64,000 bases of DNA from Bacteroidota bacterium (GTDB lineage Bacteria > Bacteroidota > Bacteroidia > B-17B0 > Aurantibacillaceae). The notes under the pieces were generated by a model. The model was given only the letters and a program-made list of their open reading frames with translations. It was not told the DNA's origin and made no database searches. Location: contig CANFTW010000001.1 in assembly GCA_947450025.1 (NCBI GenBank), positions 244,672 to 308,671 of the forward strand, given 5' to 3'. The translations under genes and the position numbers were made by a program. Shown here piece after piece: positions 19,800 through 27,420 of the stretch (its first letter is position 1; every line of letters starts with the position of its first letter).

Positions 19800-20768
19800 T
19801 TACAAAATTACCCATTTTATGATAGAAAAATAAATAGGCATCCCTAAAGTTATATTAATTGGAAAAGTCACAGCTAAAGCCATGGGTAGAAATAATCCAG
19901 GATTCGCTTTTGGAACAGCAATTTTCATTGCCGCTGGAACGGCAATATATGAAGCACTGGATGCTAAAACAGCAAACATAAATCTATTACCAATATCGTC
20001 AGTAACAAGTTGACTTAATACAGCTACAATACAACCATTAAAAAGTGGAATTATCATTGCAAAGAAAAAAGGAAACCAACCATTAGAAAGAAAGGCAGAA
20101 AGTTTTCTTCCACTTACAATTCCCATATCTAACAAAAATATAGCTAAAAATCCTTTAAAAATATCATTTGTAAATGGTTTAATACCTTCTGCTTGTTTGG
20201 CATTTGCAAGTAAACCAATAATTAAACTGCCTAAAATTAATAATACACTTCCATTAGTAAAGGAATGTTTAACCACTCCTAATTTATTAACTGAGCTTGA
20301 AGTATCCTTATTATACATTGATATTAAAATTAAACCAGCAATAATTGCCGGCGACTCCATCAAAGCCATAATTGCCACCATATGGCCGTGTAGCTGCAGT
20401 TTTTCTGAATCTAAATACGAAACTGCAGTTACAAAAGTCACGGCACTAACCGAGCCATAAGCCGCCGCAATGGCGCCTGCATCAAAAACGTTTAATTTAC
20501 GTTTCAAAATAAAAAAAGTATAAACCGGAATTAATAATGATATTAAAATCCCAAACAACATCGACCATAAAATTTCTGTAGAAAAAGATTCATGAGATAA
20601 TTCTTGCCCTCCTTTAAAACCAATAGAGAACAATAAATACAGCGAAATAAATTTTGATGAATTAGGCGGTATTTCTAAATCGCTTTTTAACTTCACAGCT
20701 AAAACACCAAGGATAAAAAATAAAAAAGCAGGGCTTGTTAAGTTTGATAAAAGTAAATCTAAGTTCAT
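19800..20768 (-). CDS. Sodium-dependent bicarbonate transport (SbtA-like, Sbt_1/DUF897) family permease
   Basis: 322-aa polytopic protein. The N-terminus LLSNLTSPAFLFFILGVLAVKLKSDLEIP and overall layout match my recollection of Sbt_1 family permeases. Substrate unknown. Confidence 0.55.
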   Translation of the reverse strand: MNLDLLLSNLTSPAFLFFILGVLAVKLKSDLEIPPNSSKFISLYLLFSIGFKGGQELSHESFSTEILWSMLFGILISLLIPVYTFFILKRKLNVFDAGAIAAAYGSVSAVTFVTAVSYLDSEKLQLHGHMVAIMALMESPAIIAGLILISMYNKDTSSSVNKLGVVKHSFTNGSVLLILGSLIIGLLANAKQAEGIKPFTNDIFKGFLAIFLLDMGIVSGRKLSAFLSNGWFPFFFAMIIPLFNGCIVAVLSQLVTDDIGNRFMFAVLASSASYIAVPAAMKIAVPKANPGLFLPMALAVTFPINITLGMPIYFSIIKWVIL

Positions 20769-20808
20769 ATTTTTTGCTATTGTTTTAAATTATTTTGTTT
20801 AATTCTAA

Positions 20809-22164
20809 TTATCTTTCTTTTTCAAATAAAAGTCTTTTACCCATTTTAACAGTATTTACAGTGCCTCTGTCGTATGCTAAATGACCGTTAACATATGTTT
20901 GAATTACTTTGCTTGTAAAAAAAACATTATCAAAAGGCGACCATCCACATTTATATAAATTAGCCTCAGGAGAAGATTTCCATTTATCATTTAAATCCAC
21001 TAATACAAAATCCGCGTAATATCCTTCTCTTATGTAACCCCTGTCAATTAATCGATAAATCTCAGCAACATGATGACTTGTTTTTTCTACAATCTTCTCT
21101 AGAGTAAAATAACCTTGATGATACAATTCCAATAAAGTAACCAAAGCATGCTGCACTAATGGACCTCCCGACTTACTTTGAAAATAATTACCTTGCTTCT
21201 CAGATAATAAATGTGGTGCATGATCTGTTGCAATAATATCAATAACATTATTATTTAGCGCCTTAATCAAACCCAATTTATTATTTTCGGATTTTATAGA
21301 AGGATTCCATTTTATAAGATTACCCAAACGGTCATAATCTTTATCAGTAAACCATAAATGATGAATGCAAGCCTCAGATGTAATTCGTTTGTCTCTTAAT
21401 AACTTATTAGATTTAAACAATTCCGTTTCTATTTCTGTGGAAATATGATAGGCATGAAATCTTGCGTTGTATTTCTCAACTATTTCTATAACTTGTTTTG
21501 TAGCCTCAAAGCAAGCCTTTTCATTTCTAATAAGCGAATGATAATAAAGAGGAATATCATCACCAAATTTATCTTTATATAGCTTAGTATTATTATTAAC
21601 AATGTTATCATCTTCACAATGCAATGCTACTAATGTATTAGTTCTAGAAAAAAGCTGTTCTAGATAATCAGGGTAATTTGCTAATATTCCATCATCTAAA
21701 TTAAAATACAATCCATCATCTGTTAAGCCGCAAACAGTTTCATTATCAATCCTAAGTGCTTCTTCTAAATTATTTTTTGTAATACCCATAAAGAAAGAGT
21801 AATTAGCTAAAGATTGCTTTTTAGCACTATGATATTTCTCCTCTAATAATTTTAGCGTAGTTGTATTTGGAACTGTATTGGGCATATCCATAAAAGAAGT
21901 TACGCCACCAGCAACAGCTGCAATTGATTCAGATTGTATGGTTGCTTTATGAGTTAATCCCGGATCTCTGAAGTGAACTTGATCGTCAATTAAACCAGGC
22001 AACAAGTAAAGTCCTTCAGCATTAAACACCTTGCAATTAATATCAGGTAAATTAATGTTATTCGAAATTTTTTCAATTCTATCATTTACAATATAAACAT
22101 CCGAAACATAAATATTTCCTTCGTTAACTATAGTTGCATCTTTAATTAATAGTTTCATTTTCAT
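20809..22164 (-). CDS. pyrC: Dihydroorotase-like cyclic amidohydrolase
   Basis: 451 aa. Metal-binding DDQVHFRDPG (HxH region), internal HCED, and DHAPH near the C-terminal third. This is the typical long Bacteroidota PyrC-like form. Confidence 0.75.
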   Translation of the reverse strand: MKMKLLIKDATIVNEGNIYVSDVYIVNDRIEKISNNINLPDINCKVFNAEGLYLLPGLIDDQVHFRDPGLTHKATIQSESIAAVAGGVTSFMDMPNTVPNTTTLKLLEEKYHSAKKQSLANYSFFMGITKNNLEEALRIDNETVCGLTDDGLYFNLDDGILANYPDYLEQLFSRTNTLVALHCEDDNIVNNNTKLYKDKFGDDIPLYYHSLIRNEKACFEATKQVIEIVEKYNARFHAYHISTEIETELFKSNKLLRDKRITSEACIHHLWFTDKDYDRLGNLIKWNPSIKSENNKLGLIKALNNNVIDIIATDHAPHLLSEKQGNYFQSKSGGPLVQHALVTLLELYHQGYFTLEKIVEKTSHHVAEIYRLIDRGYIREGYYADFVLVDLNDKWKSSPEANLYKCGWSPFDNVFFTSKVIQTYVNGHLAYDRGTVNTVKMGKRLLFEKER

Positions 22165-22167
22165 TTT

Positions 22168-23004
22168 TTAAGGATTACACATATCACAATACATTGGATC
22201 TTCAGTAATAATATTATTAGGAAATAACTTATCTTCTGAATAACCACAATGTTTACAGAGGTAATGATGCGATAACACAGATTTAGTTTTATATCCGCAT
22301 CTCGCGCAAGGTAGACCATACTTAACATCTTCTACATCAAATCCTATGACATCACATTTTGGACAATGACTTTTGATTTTGCTTACTAACTTTTCAAATG
22401 CTTTTTCAATCACTAACATTCTTGAAGGATTATACATCGCCCTCATATCAGTTTCGGCATAAACTGAATTATATTTTAAAGACAAAAAATCATAAGCCTT
22501 TTTTAAATCATTGTAAGTTACAATACCTTTAAAAATATCATCATTACTATTCGGATCTTTTCTTAAAACAATTCCATGTGACGGGAATTTAACATCAGTA
22601 GCAAACTTCAAAACATCAGAAAATGATTCTACGTTTCTTCCACTAAAATTAGTGTTCATTGAAGTTTCAGAAGCAACAATTTCAATTCCATTTAACTTAT
22701 CTATGAATATTACCAATTCATTATCTATTGGCGAAAAATAATAAAATGGATGTGGTCCAAATGAACCTTCGCTGGCAACAGCAATATCTGCTCCCTCCAT
22801 TTCCATTGACATCAAACATTTCTTTCTTAAAGTAGTTAAAGGATCTTCTAATCTCTTAATCTCTCCAGAAAAGGTACCTAAACTGTCTGTATCAAAATTT
22901 GTAACAACACGACTGTTTAAATTAAATTCTTTTTTAAACATTGGAGCAACAACCTCTTCCTTTTTGTGCTTAGTGGCAATTAATATGGTTCTATTTTCAA
23001 ACAT
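22168..23004 (-). CDS. Uncharacterised protein with two C-terminal CxxC...CxxC zinc-ribbon modules
   Basis: 278 aa. The cysteine motifs are CPKC...CARC and CKHC...CDMC in the last 70 residues. I recognise nothing in the N-terminal 200 aa (possibly a DUF6671-type family, unverified). Confidence 0.6.
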   Translation of the reverse strand: MFENRTILIATKHKKEEVVAPMFKKEFNLNSRVVTNFDTDSLGTFSGEIKRLEDPLTTLRKKCLMSMEMEGADIAVASEGSFGPHPFYYFSPIDNELVIFIDKLNGIEIVASETSMNTNFSGRNVESFSDVLKFATDVKFPSHGIVLRKDPNSNDDIFKGIVTYNDLKKAYDFLSLKYNSVYAETDMRAMYNPSRMLVIEKAFEKLVSKIKSHCPKCDVIGFDVEDVKYGLPCARCGYKTKSVLSHHYLCKHCGYSEDKLFPNNIITEDPMYCDMCNP

Positions 23005-23026
23005 TTCTATTAATCTATTTTTTTTT

Positions 23027-23599
23027 CTAAAAATCTTTCAAACTCAGGTCTAAATAAATTGATAACTCCGCGGTATATAGAAACCGAAATACTTTTTTAA
23101 GATGGTGCTGCTTTTTGTCTATTTTGAATTCCTTTGGATAAAATGAAATTAAAATGTTAGCTTGAACCCTATCCAAAAAGTCTTGTCCATTGTCGTTAAA
23201 TAACATTCCTTTATTTGAAATTTCAAATAAAGTCAACTCAATGGAATGATTACTTACCATGTTGTTGAAATTTATAGAACCATTAAGAACAAGAGAGTTA
23301 GAATTATTTGGAGACAATTCGAGTAATTTTTGATTTTTAATGTAACCTGTAAAGGTCAAATAAGTATCATCTAAATCGTCTAACCAGGCATCTAAACTAT
23401 CATTCCCAATTTTGAATTTAGAAAAATCAATAACAATTCTTAATGATTGATCTTCGGTATTATAAAATAAGAAACAACCATCATTTTCATTTACGGAAAA
23501 ACATTGATGCTTGTTATAACATGAGTTAACATAAGCTTTAGAAGGCTTAACCGTTTGAGAAAAAACAGTACAATAAAAACAAGAAACAAACAAATACAC
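23027..23599 (-). CDS. Hypothetical, probably exported, protein; the 5' end is ambiguous (GTG start, or ATG at 23604 plus a homopolymer frameshift)
   Basis: 190-aa ORF that starts at GTG. An out-of-frame ATG at complement 23602-23604 encodes a better signal peptide (MKCICLFLVFIVLFF) and joins the main frame if the T6 run (A6 on + at 23560-23565) gains one base. Confidence 0.5.
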   Translation of the reverse strand: MYLFVSCFYCTVFSQTVKPSKAYVNSCYNKHQCFSVNENDGCFLFYNTEDQSLRIVIDFSKFKIGNDSLDAWLDDLDDTYLTFTGYIKNQKLLELSPNNSNSLVLNGSINFNNMVSNHSIELTLFEISNKGMLFNDNGQDFLDRVQANILISFYPKEFKIDKKQHHLKKVFRFLYTAELSIYLDLSLKDF

Positions 23600-23605
23600 T
23601 TCATA

Positions 23606-23905
23606 CTACACTGCCTTTAACTTTAAACGTAAATCATCTCCAAAATCTTTCGCAATATGACTCACAGGTGACGCATAAATTAATAAATCAGAACTCCCAA
23701 ATTTTGCATTCACATCATTATAAATACTATCAAACAATAAGGCTTTTGTAATAAAAAAAAGCCTTACTGTTGTCATTTCCGAATTATTTCCAAAAATTTT
23801 ATTTGTATCAATATGCGTATGAATAGCATATTTATTTTGTATAAGATATTTTGAAATTTCAATAGCAACTTTTTCGCTTCTTTGAACAATATCTATTACT
23901 ATCAT
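23606..23905 (-). CDS. Small hypothetical protein with a pattern compatible with a beta-alpha-beta-beta-alpha-beta (CutA/PII-like) fold
   Basis: 99 aa. It overlaps the upstream ORF by 4 nt. The fold assignment comes only from alternation of hydrophobic strands and amphipathic helices and is weak. Confidence 0.5.
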   Translation of the reverse strand: MIVIDIVQRSEKVAIEISKYLIQNKYAIHTHIDTNKIFGNNSEMTTVRLFFITKALLFDSIYNDVNAKFGSSDLLIYASPVSHIAKDFGDDLRLKLKAV

Positions 23906-24201
23906 TTTTTAGCTTCTCTTACTATTGGTTTAATTTCTATACTTCCATTAATTTCTAAATCCAAATTATTATTAGATGCATTATTTACAATTGCCTTCAT
24001 TAATAAATAAGATTCCTTTAATTCGAGAGCTCGCTGTTCGTGTTGATTAAATCTATTGTAGGAACCACTCAATTCTTGAAGCCTAAAAGATTCTAATTGA
24101 TGAAAATTAATCTTACTATTAAATAAGGCAAATAAGATATTTATTGAATCTGAAGGACTAAATTGACCTTCAATCAATTTGTATTTTTCGCTTTCTGTCA
24201 T
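23902..24201 (-). CDS. Small hypothetical protein, paralog of the 79-aa ORF upstream
   Basis: It shares an N-terminal block with its neighbour: YKLIEGQFSPSDSINILFALFNSKINFHQ versus IQLIEGNFDPKDAVEILTKMIHVKIKFQE. A helical charged segment follows. Confidence 0.55.
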   Translation of the reverse strand: MTESEKYKLIEGQFSPSDSINILFALFNSKINFHQLESFRLQELSGSYNRFNQHEQRALELKESYLLMKAIVNNASNNNLDLEINGSIEIKPIVREAKK

Positions 24202-24210
24202 TGTATTTTA

Positions 24211-24450
24211 TTATAAGGTTATACTGCTTTGAATTGTAATTTTACCGCTTTGAGATTCAATATACTTTCTAATATCAAACAGGTCTTTTTGTAATTTTTT
24301 TATTCTTGCCTCTCTCATATTGATATCTTCCTCTTTTGCAGCTTGATTAATTTTATCTTCCTGAAATTTAATTTTAACATGAATCATTTTTGTCAAAATT
24401 TCTACGGCATCTTTTGGATCAAAATTCCCTTCTATTAATTGTATTTTCAT
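24211..24450 (-). CDS. Small hypothetical protein, paralog of the 99-aa ORF downstream
   Basis: 79 aa, lying 27 nt downstream of icd. See the paralogy evidence for 23902-24201. Confidence 0.55.
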   Translation of the reverse strand: MKIQLIEGNFDPKDAVEILTKMIHVKIKFQEDKINQAAKEEDINMREARIKKLQKDLFDIRKYIESQSGKITIQSSITL

Positions 24451-24477
24451 TATTATAATTTTAAAAGTTTTATTTAA

Positions 24478-25914
24478 TTATTGTCCTTGTCCTAACGAAT
24501 AAGCTGCTTTTCCATCAAATGAATACAAATTCTCTGTTTTTATGGTATCTATTTCTTTATTTAAAGCATTATTCAAAAGTTCAATGATATTAGCCTTAGA
24601 AATTTGCACTCCTTCATGAGGTTTAAAGCGACATCTCCAATGATCTGTACAAAATGTTTCCTTAAAACCATCAGGCCAAACTTTAATACCACGGTTAGTA
24701 ATCATTGATAATGAAACGCCACCATTTTCAATGGTCTTAATCTTTGCAGCTAACTCATTAGGATCTATTCCTTGCCAGTGAACAAATAAATCTACTCCAA
24801 CCAATTCTTTTTTAGCTGCTGGTTTGCGTTTATATTTTGGAAGAGTCAAAGCAGAATTATTTGCATAAGAAACTGATTTAAGAATAGAAGGTTTTTCTCC
24901 AAGATTTTCGATAACCGCTTTTGCAAATTCTTTTGTGCCAACTTTTTGTTTACTGATACCTTCTTTATAAATATCGTAAGTATGAATACCATCCTCTAAT
25001 GTTTTTAACCATGCATTTTGAACTTTTTCAGCAACTTCTGTTTGTCCAATATGATTCAACATTAAAATAGCACCTTGAAGTAAGCCAGATGGATTTGCTA
25101 AATTTTGCCCAGCTCTTCTTGGCGCAGAACCGTGAATTGCTTCAAACATAGAGCATTCTTCTCCAATATTTGCAGAACCAGCTAAACCAACTGAACCTGT
25201 AATTTGAGCAGCAACATCACTTAAAACATCACCATACAAATTTGGCATTACAATTACATCAAATGCCTCTGGTGTATCCGCCATCTTTGCTGCGCCAATA
25301 TCAATAATCCAATGTTCATTTTCTATTTCAGGATATTCCTTTGCTATTTCGTCAAATACTTGATGAAATAATCCATCCGTTTGCTTCATGATATTATCCT
25401 TAGTGAAGCAAGTCACTTTTTTTCTATTTTGTTGTTTAGCATACTCAAAAGCATAGCGTACTATTTTTTCACAACCTGGTCTACTAATTAATTTCAAACA
25501 CTGAACAACCTCATCCGTTTGTTGATGTTCAATTCCTGCATATAAATCTTCCTCATTTTCCCTAACAATTACTATATCCATTATTGGATGCTTAGTACTT
25601 ACAAAAGGATGTAAGCTCATGCAAGGCCTAACATTTGAGTAAAGCCCTAAAAATTTACGAGTTGTAACATTTAAACTTTTATAGCCTCCTCCTTGTGGGG
25701 TAGTGATTGGTGCTTTTAAAAACACTTTATTACGCCTAATGGTTTCCCAAGATTCATTAGCTATACCAGAAGTATTACCAGCTAAATAAACTTTTTCGCC
25801 TACTTCAATTTCATCAATTTCAAGTTCAGCTCCTGCGGCTAAAATAATTTGTATGGTAGCATCCATGATTTCTGGACCAATACCATCTCCTTTTGCAACT
25901 GTTATTTTTGTCAT
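24478..25914 (-). CDS. icd: Isocitrate dehydrogenase (Iso_dh family core plus a C-terminal extension of about 130 aa)
   Basis: Motifs GDGIGPEIMD, SLNVTTRK, NLYGDVLSD and FEAIHGSAP. The core ends near GTKEFAKAVIENL and about 130 extra residues follow. Confidence 0.88.
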   Translation of the reverse strand: MTKITVAKGDGIGPEIMDATIQIILAAGAELEIDEIEVGEKVYLAGNTSGIANESWETIRRNKVFLKAPITTPQGGGYKSLNVTTRKFLGLYSNVRPCMSLHPFVSTKHPIMDIVIVRENEEDLYAGIEHQQTDEVVQCLKLISRPGCEKIVRYAFEYAKQQNRKKVTCFTKDNIMKQTDGLFHQVFDEIAKEYPEIENEHWIIDIGAAKMADTPEAFDVIVMPNLYGDVLSDVAAQITGSVGLAGSANIGEECSMFEAIHGSAPRRAGQNLANPSGLLQGAILMLNHIGQTEVAEKVQNAWLKTLEDGIHTYDIYKEGISKQKVGTKEFAKAVIENLGEKPSILKSVSYANNSALTLPKYKRKPAAKKELVGVDLFVHWQGIDPNELAAKIKTIENGGVSLSMITNRGIKVWPDGFKETFCTDHWRCRFKPHEGVQISKANIIELLNNALNKEIDTIKTENLYSFDGKAAYSLGQGQ

Positions 25915-25926
25915 TATATTTTGGTT

Positions 25927-26139
25927 TTAATTAATTTCTGATACTTTTTTTAATTTTTCAATTGCCTTCCATATTAAAAAGACTATTACTGACGAAACAA
26001 TAACAGTAAGCACTGAATACAGCATCTCATTTGGAGATTTTCGAATCGAATCATCAAATCCATTGCTAGGAGATATTAGCCCTAACAATATTAATATGAT
26101 AGTTATAAATAAACTATGTAAATTTTCTTCTTGTTTCAT
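25927..26139 (-). CDS. Small hypothetical membrane protein (2 TM)
   Basis: 70-aa ORF with two hydrophobic helices. No family recognised. Confidence 0.4.
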   Translation of the reverse strand: MKQEENLHSLFITIILILLGLISPSNGFDDSIRKSPNEMLYSVLTVIVSSVIVFLIWKAIEKLKKVSEIN

Positions 26140-26161
26140 ATTGTAGATGCTTAATTGTAAT

Positions 26162-26452
26162 TTATTGATTTAAAGTTGAAGAGGTCTCTTTTCTATTAAG
26201 AAACAGAGAAGTAAAAACTATTAATTTCATTAAAATAAAAATGAGAAGTTTATCCCCATAAATTAATAAAGTAAATACTAAAAATGGAGCCAAAACAAAT
26301 TCTAATTGTAAATCAAGAATCCCTAAATGATTCATTAGTAAAAGAGAAAATGTAATCAGGCCTCCTAATACCGAGACAAATATTCCTGATCCTGTAGCTT
26401 TGTTATTTTTGTTTTTATTTATCATAATACAAATTACTGAATTCGTATTCAT
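26162..26452 (-). CDS. Small hypothetical membrane protein (3 TM); the start may be the internal Met at 26425
   Basis: 96-aa ORF, divergent from the LysR gene. Hydrophobic helices are present. Confidence 0.4.
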   Translation of the reverse strand: MNTNSVICIMINKNKNNKATGSGIFVSVLGGLITFSLLLMNHLGILDLQLEFVLAPFLVFTLLIYGDKLLIFILMKLIVFTSLFLNRKETSSTLNQ

Positions 26453-26463
26453 AAATTTTTATT

Positions 26464-26471
26464 TATATTTG
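26464..26471 (+). promoter_or_regulatory. Candidate -7 promoter box (TAnnTTTG) for the LysR gene
   Basis: tatatttg lies 25 nt upstream of the ATG at 26496. Confidence 0.35.
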
Positions 26472-26495
26472 TAATGATTATCATAAAATATTTTT

Positions 26496-27419
26496 ATGCA
26501 ATATACCTTAAACCAATTGCAGATATTCTTAAAAATATCTCAAACAAAAAGCATCACGAAAGCAGCTGAAGAATTATTCTTAACTCAACCTGCTGTATCA
26601 ATTCAATTAAAAAATTTCCAAAATCAATTTCAAATACCACTCACCGAAGTTGTGGGAAGACAATTATTTATAACAGATTTTGGAAAAGAAATTGCAATAG
26701 CTGCTGAAAACATAATTAATGAAGTGTATGCTATTAATTATAAAACATTAGCTTATAAAGGTAAACTAAGCGGGAGATTAAAAATATCAATCGTTTCTAC
26801 CGGTAAATACATCATGCCGTATTTTCTTTCTTCCTTTTTAAAACAAAATCCAGAAATTGAATTGTTATTAGATGTAACAAATAAAAGCAAAGTGATTGAA
26901 AGTTTAGAAAACAACGAAGTCGATTTTTCATTAGTGTCAGTTTTACCAGAAAAACTATCCATAGAAAAGGTGGAACTAATGTCAAACAAATTATTTTTAG
27001 TTGGTAACAACGAAAAGAAATTCAAACAAAAATCATACGACAAATCAGTTTTTGATGAGCTACAACTCATTTACAGAGAAAAAGGTTCTGGTACAAGATT
27101 AGTAATGGAGCAATTTATTGAAAAAAATAATTTACCAGTTCACAAAAAAATGGAATTAACCTCAAATGAAGCTGTAAAACAGGCTGTAATTGCAGGATTA
27201 GGCTATTCAATAATGCCACTCATCGGTTTAAAAACCGAATTACAACAAAAAGAAATACAAATTATACCATTTAAAAATTTTCCAATTAAATCAACGTGGC
27301 ATCTCATTTGGCTAAAAAATAAAAATCTATCGCCAGTTGCAACTTCCTTCTTAAATCATATAAAGAAAGAAAAAACCAACATAATAAACAACCATTTTGC
27401 TTGGTGTGAGAATTACTAA
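26496..27419 (+). CDS. LysR family transcriptional regulator
   Basis: N-terminal wHTH LQIFLKISQTKSITKAAEELFLTQPAVSIQLKNFQ followed by a LysR substrate-binding domain of typical length. Confidence 0.9.
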   Translation: MQYTLNQLQIFLKISQTKSITKAAEELFLTQPAVSIQLKNFQNQFQIPLTEVVGRQLFITDFGKEIAIAAENIINEVYAINYKTLAYKGKLSGRLKISIVSTGKYIMPYFLSSFLKQNPEIELLLDVTNKSKVIESLENNEVDFSLVSVLPEKLSIEKVELMSNKLFLVGNNEKKFKQKSYDKSVFDELQLIYREKGSGTRLVMEQFIEKNNLPVHKKMELTSNEAVKQAVIAGLGYSIMPLIGLKTELQQKEIQIIPFKNFPIKSTWHLIWLKNKNLSPVATSFLNHIKKEKTNIINNHFAWCENY

Positions 27420-27420
27420 T

